Source of the DNA: Marinicella sp.
GTDB taxonomy: Bacteria > Pseudomonadota > Gammaproteobacteria > Xanthomonadales > Marinicellaceae
Direction of reading: 5' to 3'
DNA length: 64,000 nt
NCBI GenBank assembly: GCA_965230295.1
Contig: OZ246001.1
Span: forward strand, 3,712,001 to 3,776,000
Below the pieces are notes generated by a model, which saw only the letters and a program-made list of their open reading frames with translations, was not told the origin of the DNA and did no database searches. Positions 29,348 to 38,572 of the stretch are shown in pieces (position 1 is the stretch's first letter; every line of letters starts with the position of its first letter). The position numbers were made by a program, and so were the translations under genes.

Positions 29348-30397
29348 ATGATAGAAAACTATCTAAACCCAACAACAATTCAGCAAATAGATGGATTAAC
29401 ACGTACATTTGCTAGCAACAAACCGTTTAAACATTTGGTAATGGATGATTTCTTTAAACCAGAGTTTGCGGAAAAAATGCTTAATGAGTTTCCTCAGTTT
29501 GAAAAAAAACTTGCCATGAATGAAAACGGTGAAGTGGGGCGAAAAGCCGTCCATGAGAAAGTAACCGGAATAGGGCCAACATATCAGCAGTTGGACTCAT
29601 TAGCCCAAAATAAGGAATTCCTCAAATGGGTTGAGAAAGTTACAGGAATAGAGAATTTGATTTATGATCCCTATTACTTTGGTGGAGGTACTCACAATAA
29701 TTTATCTGGTCAAGATTTAGACCCGCATGTGGACTTTACCCACCATCCAATGACTGGCCATCATCGCAGACTCAATTTAATCGTTTATTTAAATAAAGAA
29801 TGGGATAAAAGCTGGGGTGGTAACATTGAGTTTCATAAAAATCCAAGATTAGAACCTAAGCACGACGAAATTATCAGCGTTGAACCCTTGTTTAATAGGG
29901 CTGTGATCTTTGAGACCAACAACATTTCATGGCATGGCTTTCCTCGTATCGAATTACCAGAAGCTCAAAAAGAGCTTTCAAGAAAATCATTTGCCTTGTA
30001 TTACTACACAGATCAGCGTGAGCAAAAGATAAAACCTCATTCTACAATCTATGTAGAAAGGCACCTGCCATCAAGATATGAAGCAGGGATGAAACTTGAA
30101 GCTACTGACTTGCTTGAAATAAAAACTCTGTTAAAACGAAGGGACCAACATTTAGAAAGGTTGTACAACAATATAACACATCTAATGACTGAGACCAGCG
30201 ACTTGAAATGGAGCCTTAGGCAAGAAAAAGAAAAATCTAAGCTTGCTGAAATTACTCAAAAGGAAGATTTAGTGGTTGATGACAAAGTAGACCAGGAGAA
30301 GCTAATAAATAGAATTCATGAATTAGAAAACTCTACTTCTTGGAAAATCACAGCTCCAATTAGGAAATTAAAGCGTTTGTTTTCAAAAAGCAAATGA
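29348..30397 (+). CDS. 2OG-Fe(II) oxygenase with C-terminal coiled coil
   Basis: PHVDF (HxD), RRLNLIVYLN, SWHGF, RKS; tail ENSTSWKITAPIRKL. Confidence 0.88.
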   Translation: MIENYLNPTTIQQIDGLTRTFASNKPFKHLVMDDFFKPEFAEKMLNEFPQFEKKLAMNENGEVGRKAVHEKVTGIGPTYQQLDSLAQNKEFLKWVEKVTGIENLIYDPYYFGGGTHNNLSGQDLDPHVDFTHHPMTGHHRRLNLIVYLNKEWDKSWGGNIEFHKNPRLEPKHDEIISVEPLFNRAVIFETNNISWHGFPRIELPEAQKELSRKSFALYYYTDQREQKIKPHSTIYVERHLPSRYEAGMKLEATDLLEIKTLLKRRDQHLERLYNNITHLMTETSDLKWSLRQEKEKSKLAEITQKEDLVVDDKVDQEKLINRIHELENSTSWKITAPIRKLKRLFSKSK

Positions 30398-30537
30398 AAA
30401 GGTTTCTGAAACCAAAATGAATTAGTCAAAGTCATTCACAAAAATGTAATCACTTCCAATAAATCTATGGCTTGAAAGAATTGAACTCATATTGTATTTT
30501 CTGTATTCCGTATTTGGTATTTTAAAAAGTGAACAGC

Positions 30538-30711
30538 ATGGATAACAAAGATGATTTGAACAATAAAAGAAAGTCAAAAGTTGACCCAACTGTACTGAAT
30601 CTAAGAGATAAAGCATCTAAGCGAATGTTGCATCTCCTCAACAACCCTCCAGAACCAAATGGGTTCCTAAAACGCACTCAGCAAAACTATAAAGCTAAAG
30701 TTAAAACCTAA
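30538..30711 (+). CDS. DUF1778/TacA-like antitoxin C-terminal half only
   Basis: VLNL....RMLHLLNNPPEPNGFLKR..Y; no RHH N-terminus. Confidence 0.4.
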   Translation: MDNKDDLNNKRKSKVDPTVLNLRDKASKRMLHLLNNPPEPNGFLKRTQQNYKAKVKT

Positions 30712-30754
30712 GGTCTAACCCAACCGCATTGACTGTATAAGGCATTTGAAATAT

Positions 30755-32116
30755 TCACTTACTCCGTAATTTTCTGCGCTCATATTCCAACTCTTGAGGC
30801 AGGATGACATCTATTTGCTTTTTCCTTATTGCAAGGGCTACAGGGAAGTCTACACAAGCAAGTTTTTTGATGATATTTTCTACTGTATCTTTAAACATAT
30901 TCCAACTAACAGTTTTCTTGTCTTGAAACATTTGAGCACTCCATACTATGTCATCTATGAGAGCTGATAGCTCAGCTTGCATCAATAACAAAATAATTTC
31001 ACCTGGTATCTTTATGTAAGTTTGTTGCCCTGAATTTGCACAGTTTTCAATAATCACCTTTTTGTTGAAGTTTCCATCTAGAACCACTGAATGGTTTGAG
31101 TATCGCTTGCGTAAGGCAGAAGCCAGCTGTAGTAGTTCCCACCAATAAATATTTTCACTTCTAAGGAATAACTCACCTTTACCCAAAGCAATCAAATAGA
31201 GCATCCAAGGCATGTATTCAACGCTAACTCCTTCATCTGTAATGTATGTCTCATAATCATTCAACTTATTGGCATCAAGCCGAGTTTGTTGTAGTAGAAC
31301 TTGCTCAAAATGCTTTTCAAGTATCAGTCTTTCTTTTCTTAAGTGGTCATCAGTAAATTTGAAAAGTTGATCATAAGGAACCGGTTTAACGTGACATGAA
31401 ACTGAGCTCATTTCAGGGAGCTTAATTTCCGTTATATGGGTCAATAATTTAAGCTCATTAGAGGTGAGCAAGTTCAACTGCCTCATTACTGCAAAAACCA
31501 CGGGGGATTCTGCATCAATGGCTTGTTTGTAATACTCTTGTTTAAAAAAAGGATGCTGTACACTTGATCGGCCTATAATCACTCTGGAAAGCAGCTTCTT
31601 GGCCCTGGCTTCAACGACTTGATCAACCAGTTCCAGTGCTTGGTATTCAAGCTCATTTGGATCATCATAAAACAAGTTTTTGAATTTCACATGGTAACCA
31701 CAGGTAGAACATTTCCGCAGAGCCACCTCTGAATAAGCAGACCATATTTGAAAGCATTCGGGACAACGATCCACCAGCACTTCTTTATGGACCGGGCATT
31801 GGTGAAGCCAATGACAATCAAAAGCATAGCTGTGGTAACCAGACCTCATACAACTAACGCAACATTTACTCGGCCTGTACCTTGTTTTTATGGGCTGAAC
31901 ATCACCAAAACTTTGCATTTGATTTGACTTTAAAAAATCCTGCTCAACATCACTTCCCAATCGTGCTAAGCCGTATTTACGCATGGAGGATGATTGTTCA
32001 TTATGACTTGGCTTAGATGGCTTCAAGTAAACGCCTCGATTAGCAATCATGAAGCGTCTGAATTTACCATAGCCACTTTCTCCTGGTCTTCGCATCAGTA
32101 ATCCTGTGTTAAGCAT
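30755..32116 (-). CDS. tniQ: TniQ/TnsD-like target-selector protein
   Basis: PGES N-terminal motif; CVSC..GYH..W..CPVH..L..RCPEC..CSTCG zinc motifs; last gene of the tns operon. Confidence 0.8.
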   Translation of the reverse strand: MLNTGLLMRRPGESGYGKFRRFMIANRGVYLKPSKPSHNEQSSSMRKYGLARLGSDVEQDFLKSNQMQSFGDVQPIKTRYRPSKCCVSCMRSGYHSYAFDCHWLHQCPVHKEVLVDRCPECFQIWSAYSEVALRKCSTCGYHVKFKNLFYDDPNELEYQALELVDQVVEARAKKLLSRVIIGRSSVQHPFFKQEYYKQAIDAESPVVFAVMRQLNLLTSNELKLLTHITEIKLPEMSSVSCHVKPVPYDQLFKFTDDHLRKERLILEKHFEQVLLQQTRLDANKLNDYETYITDEGVSVEYMPWMLYLIALGKGELFLRSENIYWWELLQLASALRKRYSNHSVVLDGNFNKKVIIENCANSGQQTYIKIPGEIILLLMQAELSALIDDIVWSAQMFQDKKTVSWNMFKDTVENIIKKLACVDFPVALAIRKKQIDVILPQELEYERRKLRSK

Positions 32117-33063
32117 CAGCTGACCTTCTTAACGAGGTTTTTAACCAGACCTGACACATGAATGCTCTCATGAATCATTGACCTTAACTGTTCTTCATCC
32201 TCAATTCCATAGTTGAGAAGAAAGTCAGTCAGCAGTATTCTGACCATAGCCACAAAATATTGCATGGGCCAGGACCTTAATTTCAATGGATTCATAAAGT
32301 GTTCACGATATTCTTCCCAGATCAAATCTGACAGTGATGCCAGCTTCCAGTTACCTGGTACTACGTCACTCAGAAAAAACTGTGTATATGACAAACCACC
32401 TTCTGGAAACTGACAGGTATCATATTGACTTAAGCACTTTTTAAGTTCATTAAAAGTGCGAATACCATGCAATCTGAATTCTTGAGTAAAGAATCGCCCC
32501 CTGATCAGCTCATACCTGTCTTCACTCAGGCTTTTGATCAGCTTATTGGAAGCAGCGTCGTTGCCAGCAAACAAAACAAACAAGTTGGCACCCACACCAA
32601 CTAAACCATCATAAAGCTCAGCAAAGGCTTCAAATTGGCTCACATTGAGTCTTTGTAGTTCATCAACTATTAAGACCACTTGTCTGGTACTGTTGGTTAA
32701 AGAAAGCTCGCCTAAGTGATGCAAGATCAGATTTGACATGTCATCTGCTGTGGCTTTCACTTTCAAGTCAAAATCAAGTGCATGACAAATATTCTTAAAC
32801 ACGCCGGCAATGGTTCCAACATCCCTGGGTGCCACTGATATGTATCGGGCAGGAATTTTCTCTCCTATACAGTTGGTTAACTGATTCATGATTTGCATGA
32901 GTGCCCGGGTTTTACCAATGCGGAAAGTTCCGTAGATCGCTGAGCCTGATATACCATTCCATAGACATCGGGTAATCTCATTTTTAAGTGCAGTGATCAT
33001 TGGAGTGTGGATAAAAAACTGACTGTTGTTAAAAATAGGGTGCTCTTCAAACGATGTGCTCAT
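32116..33063 (-). CDS. tnsC: TnsC/TniB-like AAA+ ATPase
   Basis: Walker A GTFRIGKT, Walker B LIVDELQ, IRGRF. Confidence 0.85.
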   Translation of the reverse strand: MSTSFEEHPIFNNSQFFIHTPMITALKNEITRCLWNGISGSAIYGTFRIGKTRALMQIMNQLTNCIGEKIPARYISVAPRDVGTIAGVFKNICHALDFDLKVKATADDMSNLILHHLGELSLTNSTRQVVLIVDELQRLNVSQFEAFAELYDGLVGVGANLFVLFAGNDAASNKLIKSLSEDRYELIRGRFFTQEFRLHGIRTFNELKKCLSQYDTCQFPEGGLSYTQFFLSDVVPGNWKLASLSDLIWEEYREHFMNPLKLRSWPMQYFVAMVRILLTDFLLNYGIEDEEQLRSMIHESIHVSGLVKNLVKKVS

Positions 33064-34928
33064 GATCGATTCCCGCCCTTAATGACATTGGCTTGCCATT
33101 TGATTTTTCTCTTTGTAAAAACCGGCGTTTGCAGCTTTGGCACATACTCATCATCATTTGATGCCACAGATGTAGATTGACTGATATCTTTTATCAGTCC
33201 TGTTAAGCTCAGAGACACTGATGGTAAGTTCTTATGAATGCGTAAATACTCAATAACCCCATGCAGCGGGTCTTTTCCAGAAATGAGCTTTTGATCAATG
33301 AGGCCCCTGATGTATTTCCTGCTATCAATGCTGTGTTTGTAAAGCTGCCATGTTCTTGGTGCTTTTAAGGTACCTAGCTTTTTGCCTTTGGTAGTAATGG
33401 CTTCAAGCTGTCTGATGTCTCTGAAATCATATCGGATGATGATGTCTTTTTTGACCATTGAATAATCAAGTACATTTGGTGCTGAATACCTCAAGTCTTC
33501 AAAATGAACATAGGGGATTCTTTTTTCTGAAGCACGCCAACAAACCTTGACTCTTCGCTCCCGGATGAATGGGTTAGGTTGATTAGAAATCAGGTGATGA
33601 TTCATTCGAATCAAACGGTTACTCATTTGGGCCTGTATCATTGATAGGGGAGAGTGACCACATAATCGATTTTGGGGTTTGTTATTATGCTGGGTGATGA
33701 TCACACTCAGAATATCTTCTAGCGCATTGACAGTAAGAATAGGGGGCTTCTTGGTGTTAATCAAAGATTCTTTTTTGGGGTCATTGGGATGTGAACCAGT
33801 AGTACACGAAAACCGATGTATGTACTTGTTGATGCGATTAAATGCATATTCAACCACATTCCTGGTCTTAGGATGAGCAGGTATACCTAACCTCATCGTG
33901 GCACCCATCTCATTGCAGATAAAATCTTTAATTGATTCAGAGTGATGGCATTGAGCATTATCCAAACTGATGGTTCCAATACCCACATTTCGATATTCAC
34001 TACCAAGGCTACTCGGCAAGCAGGACCCTGGTTCATAAGCCAAGCCAGGTGTGTTGAGTTTTCTGGGCTTCCATTCTTTATTAATGCCTATCAAGACATT
34101 CAATAAGTCATATTGCGTTGGGCTATCAGTGAAACACAGTTTATATGACAAAATACAATCTGTGGCCACATCTATAGCAACAAACAAAGTCATCCTCGAA
34201 ACCCGGTGGGGACTCATGATGCCATCAAATTCAAAGTATGCTGTAGTATGAATGTCTAAAGTCTGTGAATCAATTTGTACTTCATCATAAGCTCTGTCAA
34301 TAGGTGGCCCGACACGTACTCGACTGGTTTCGGTTCTGGGGATACTGAACTTGGCTACAAGCTTGTGAAAATACTTTCTGCAGGTTTCATACCCCAACTT
34401 TTTTTGATCAAAAGGGTACCTGTCTTTGGGCCAGTTTTGATCAGATAAATAGGCAAGAAATTGCCGGTGAAATGAGCTAGGTGTTAAGTTCTCCCCATGC
34501 CTGGCTCTTTTAACATATAGCTTCACAATTTCATTCAGGAAGTCATCGAGTCCTGGTACAGTGTCTAATAATAAGTGAAAGGAACAACGAGCACCAATGC
34601 TGTTTTTAAAATCGCTGATTGCGGCCCTTCTTTTGTCTTTATTCAGCTTGGTCATGGGGATTAATGCAGCGGTGAGAGCAGGGGGCTTATCTGCATCACC
34701 AGCAAAAGTCCTTTTCAACAGTTTAGAAACCGCAGCTGGTGAAACGTTGAACTCTCTTGCAACATCTTTCATTGAGTGACCGTTCACAACTTTAGTAACT
34801 ATCTTGATGTTTCTGATAAACAGTTCTCTTTTAGATGCTACCAATGAACATGGATCTATTTCCAACCATTCATTTACTTTTTTGTAACTAGGAGACGACT
34901 CTAGTCTTTGCTGCCAATTTAATCGCAT
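33060..34928 (-). CDS. tnsB: TnsB-like DDE transposase
   Basis: QIDSQTLD, AIDVAT.CILSY, LDNA, VVEYAF; N-terminal HTH; HNNKP..L.G.SP. Confidence 0.85.
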   Translation of the reverse strand: MRLNWQQRLESSPSYKKVNEWLEIDPCSLVASKRELFIRNIKIVTKVVNGHSMKDVAREFNVSPAAVSKLLKRTFAGDADKPPALTAALIPMTKLNKDKRRAAISDFKNSIGARCSFHLLLDTVPGLDDFLNEIVKLYVKRARHGENLTPSSFHRQFLAYLSDQNWPKDRYPFDQKKLGYETCRKYFHKLVAKFSIPRTETSRVRVGPPIDRAYDEVQIDSQTLDIHTTAYFEFDGIMSPHRVSRMTLFVAIDVATDCILSYKLCFTDSPTQYDLLNVLIGINKEWKPRKLNTPGLAYEPGSCLPSSLGSEYRNVGIGTISLDNAQCHHSESIKDFICNEMGATMRLGIPAHPKTRNVVEYAFNRINKYIHRFSCTTGSHPNDPKKESLINTKKPPILTVNALEDILSVIITQHNNKPQNRLCGHSPLSMIQAQMSNRLIRMNHHLISNQPNPFIRERRVKVCWRASEKRIPYVHFEDLRYSAPNVLDYSMVKKDIIIRYDFRDIRQLEAITTKGKKLGTLKAPRTWQLYKHSIDSRKYIRGLIDQKLISGKDPLHGVIEYLRIHKNLPSVSLSLTGLIKDISQSTSVASNDDEYVPKLQTPVFTKRKIKWQANVIKGGNRS

Positions 34929-35569
34929 AATATTACCTCTGTATCTATGTCTATTGGTTTGTCATGAGAGATGCTTAACCTACTTTGATGTATTAGTCTG
35001 TATAGTGCTATTTCATTAAGGTAAGCATTCATTCGATTATTGATCTGTACCACATCTCCGATGCGTTGTTTGGGTCTGAAATAGAACTGACCTAACAACT
35101 CTTGTTCTTGGTTGTTTGTTGAAATTTCGCTGACATTTGAAAGGGTTCTGATGATGAAAAGCATATTCCTTGCTTTTAGTTCCTGGTCAAAAACGCTTTC
35201 ATTAGTGACCACTTTGAAATCAGCATCATGCTTTTGCCTGAAATGCTCGGTTAATGGAACCACCATAGATTCATCAAATTTACCTTCTGGCTTCAGTTCT
35301 ATTACTTCACGTTTGGTTTTGTATGCCACGTAGCAATCAGGGATATATCTTTTGCCATTTACGAACAACTTAAAAGGCTGGGGCACAAATGAAATAACAT
35401 CTGGGTCAGCCTCCAATAAGGCTGCGTAGAGGAGCTCTGCCAGCGAGTGAAATATCCCAATTTGTGGGAATCTAATGAATTTTTGCAAATAGCAATCAGC
35501 ATTTTTGAGTAATTTTGATGCTGTTTTTACCTGCTGTTTGGCGATTAGTTGTCTTTGTTGAATGTGCAT
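34919..35569 (-). CDS. tnsA: TnsA-like endonuclease
   Basis: SLAE..LEADPDV..FVPQP..YIPD..IELKP (PD-(D/E)xK); GGAG precedes ATG 35569. Confidence 0.82.
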   Translation of the reverse strand: MHIQQRQLIAKQQVKTASKLLKNADCYLQKFIRFPQIGIFHSLAELLYAALLEADPDVISFVPQPFKLFVNGKRYIPDCYVAYKTKREVIELKPEGKFDESMVVPLTEHFRQKHDADFKVVTNESVFDQELKARNMLFIIRTLSNVSEISTNNQEQELLGQFYFRPKQRIGDVVQINNRMNAYLNEIALYRLIHQSRLSISHDKPIDIDTEVILCD

Positions 35570-35787
35570 AATTTGCTCCAAAATAGAAAATATGAATTTT
35601 TAAGCTATTAAAAATTCCAAAAACTTATAAAAATATAAGTTAAACCTACTTTTTTACTTATAAAAATTACAATATTATCTATAAATTCAATAACATACGA
35701 GCTTCAAGCCTATAACATGTTCTGGTAAAATACCTAACATGAAATCATATAAAAAATCGCAAGAAATGATATAAAACAAGATTAAGA

Positions 35788-36675
35788 ATGGGAAAATATC
35801 TAACAATATCAAAAGGTTTAAAAGCAGCAGAAGTAAAGCTTTTTTTAGGTGTTGATGATTATGAATATCGAAAAATCAGAGATTTACTTGAATTCGATAG
35901 CTCTAAGGTTTTTTTCTCTACTATCGAACTTTTAGTTTTTTCAATTGTGAAGATTGTTCTTATAAAAAGAAAAAGTGATGTTGAAATGTTTGAAGGTATC
36001 AAATGGGAATTCTTTTTAGAGTGTGTCAAACAAAATGGCATGGATTACTATTTTGGTGAGGTTTTGTATTTGGATGTAGAGGAAAAGAATGTTTTTCTAT
36101 CGAACCCTACAAGCCAATTTGAAGATCAGTTTGAGCCTTCGTATTTGATAAATTTCAGCGATATTTTTAAGAATTTATATGAGTACTTTTTCGACCTTGA
36201 TGATAGCGAACATTATTCTCAAATCATGATCTCTGATTTCCTGGAAACCAAACAGTATTTTCTAAGAAAATGGATCAAAACAGTATATCCAAATATTCAA
36301 AAAGCCAGCTACTCCCGGAATGATATATTTGTTCTTAGGGTTTTTAAAAAAATTATGGCAAAAGGTCATTCACCATCAGATTTAGAAAACATGGATTGGA
36401 GCGTATTAGTTGATACGCTTGAAAACAATAGTTTTTTGGGGCTGTTTAATTTAATTTTGTCAGTAGATTTAAATCCCGCCAAAAAGTGCATAACAACCAT
36501 AAAATCTATAAATGATTTTGATCCCAGCAATGAATATTCACAGCCGGTCTATCTAAAAAAATTAGTAATTGACCACTTTAACACTTTCATTAATTTAGGG
36601 TGCCAAGGTCATGAAACTAAAACACTAGCCTTCTCAGAATCAAATTTTCTTCAACTAATGAAATTAACAGCATGA
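35788..36675 (+). CDS. Hypothetical protein of two similar halves, possibly degenerate MerR-like HTH units
   Basis: FSTIELLVFSIVK..GIKWEFF vs YSRNDIFVLRVFK..NMDWSVL; divergent from tnsA. Confidence 0.55.
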   Translation: MGKYLTISKGLKAAEVKLFLGVDDYEYRKIRDLLEFDSSKVFFSTIELLVFSIVKIVLIKRKSDVEMFEGIKWEFFLECVKQNGMDYYFGEVLYLDVEEKNVFLSNPTSQFEDQFEPSYLINFSDIFKNLYEYFFDLDDSEHYSQIMISDFLETKQYFLRKWIKTVYPNIQKASYSRNDIFVLRVFKKIMAKGHSPSDLENMDWSVLVDTLENNSFLGLFNLILSVDLNPAKKCITTIKSINDFDPSNEYSQPVYLKKLVIDHFNTFINLGCQGHETKTLAFSESNFLQLMKLTA

Positions 36676-36839
36676 GAATTGGGTTGCTTCGCGACCATAT
36701 TTCAGTTTGCTATTAACAAGCTTTAAATATTCAATTTTGTTACTCTTTATAAAACTTTGTATTTGCTCTTGAATTTTTAATATATTACCCAACAAATAAA
36801 ACAATCCTTTTTGGGTTTTCAACTTATATGGAGGACATT

Positions 36840-36902
36840 ATGTTAGCCAAATTTTTGGATATCCCAACTTTTCTCAAACAGTTGCCAATGTTTGATACCT
36901 AA
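36840..36902 (+). CDS. 20-aa micro-ORF MLAKFLDIPTFLKQLPMFDT with FtsZ C-terminal-peptide-like motif
   Basis: GGAGG at 36830-36834, 5 nt before ATG; LDIPTFL core. Confidence 0.55.
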   Translation: MLAKFLDIPTFLKQLPMFDT

Positions 36903-37130
36903 ATCACGGGATTAAATGAGGAATAATTGAACTCAATAATCTGTGACATCGTTGCAGAATTGAACCTTTTGAGTGGCAACGATAAAGGCAAGTAAACTAA
37001 AATTTGAGATGATTTGGGTGGTACCCTGTTTACACTTCGTGTACGTAGGTAAGTATCAAGAAAAGGTCACAAATTGCTCCTCTCTTTCGTTTCAATCCCA
37101 AGTTACACAAATAGTTAATTTAATTAATAA

Positions 37131-38114
37131 ATGGCAAATACTGGAATTGCAAAGGTACAACACTACGTTCCCCAATTTATTTTAAAAAAATTTTGTACAG
37201 GGAAGAAACCTCAGCTCTGGGTTTACGACAAACATAACGACAGGTGTTTTAAGTCTCACGTAAAAAACATTGCATCGGAAACTTCATTTTATGACATTGA
37301 TATAGATGATACGTCTTATACCTATGAGATTGGTCTAGGTGAGCTTGAAACCATATCCGCTCCAATATTAAAGAGAATAGTAAAGGAAGGAAATATTTCA
37401 TTTTTAAGTGATGATGATAGAGCCGTTTTGTCATATTTCTTTTCTATCCAATTTGTAAGGACAAAGCAACACAGACAAATGTTTAAACATATTCATGAGT
37501 CTTTAGAAGAGTTCCTTTTAAGAGATCATAACGATATTAATAACGTAGAAGGGTGGAGTCCTTTAAACGATCAAACACTCAAATTACATGGCATGCAAGC
37601 TATTGAAAATGCTGTTCAATTTATTCCATACTTCCTCAATAAAAAATGGGTGTTAATGAAAGCAAAACCTTCAAACCCTTTCCTCACATCTGACCACCCA
37701 GTCTGCATGCATAATTCAAAAGATTTTGGACCACGAGGAAATCTTGGTCTTGATGTCCAAGGTATTGAAATTTATTTTCCTATTAGCAAGGATTATTGCA
37801 TAACGATGTATTGCCCAAGCATTGAGAGGGAGTTACTTGAAGGATATGAGTACTATAAAAATGCTTTAGATAAACACCCAGAAGTAGTGCCAATGTTTAT
37901 TGATGAACAAAACGATTTAGAACTATTAGTTGATGGGCTCGAAAACGGGGTCAGTGTAGAGGCCATGCCTGAAAATATTTTATTTATGAATTCACTTCAT
38001 GTTAGGAATTCACACAGATTTATTTTTTCACCAAATAAAAACTTCGAAATGGTGAAAGATATTCTAAATGAACACCCAGATCTTAAAACAGGATCTAAAC
38101 CAGTTTCAAATTAA
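37131..38114 (+). CDS. DUF4238-family protein
   Basis: QHYVPQFILKKF, F.SIQFVRT, FLTSDHPV, IYFPIS. Confidence 0.85.
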   Translation: MANTGIAKVQHYVPQFILKKFCTGKKPQLWVYDKHNDRCFKSHVKNIASETSFYDIDIDDTSYTYEIGLGELETISAPILKRIVKEGNISFLSDDDRAVLSYFFSIQFVRTKQHRQMFKHIHESLEEFLLRDHNDINNVEGWSPLNDQTLKLHGMQAIENAVQFIPYFLNKKWVLMKAKPSNPFLTSDHPVCMHNSKDFGPRGNLGLDVQGIEIYFPISKDYCITMYCPSIERELLEGYEYYKNALDKHPEVVPMFIDEQNDLELLVDGLENGVSVEAMPENILFMNSLHVRNSHRFIFSPNKNFEMVKDILNEHPDLKTGSKPVSN

Positions 38115-38169
38115 TTGCTTGCTTGATTTAGGCAGAAGGAGTGTTTATGATTTTGACTTCACAAAATTA

Positions 38170-38423
38170 ATTCATTTTAAATCATCAGCGATAATGTTTT
38201 CATTAAACAAAGCGTATTTGACATTAACTGTTTTTAGGAAAGGATATGAACCATCCCTTACAATAATTTAGCTTTATAGAAGCATGAGGTTCATAGGTTT
38301 TTGTGCGTTTAAAACTACTTTATTAACATTATCAACTTTGTTTTATTCGAGTTCATGTTTTTTTTGATATTTGAATGCAAAGATTGCAGCTCCAGCACCT
38401 AATAAAGCACCTATAAATAACAT
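38170..38423 (-). pseudogene. Decayed TM-anchored ORF resembling 17818-18708
   Basis: MLFIGALLGAGAAIFAFKYQKKHELE*NKVDNVNKVVLN with several stops; left boundary approximate. Confidence 0.3.
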
Positions 38424-38572
38424 TACCTTTGGGTATATTAATTACTTCCTGTTTTCAGCCCTTCTACAGAACTAATCAATTCATCTATCTTGTTTAACAC
38501 AGTTAACACCTTTATGATATATGTACATAATTTACCATATTATTTGAATTTAACCTAAGCAAGGATAGAACC

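Noticed and set aside
35570-35787. Transposon right end upstream of tnsA
   Set aside because: Only short AT-rich repeats, with no match to the 22.4-kb sites and no convincing TGT/ACA terminus.
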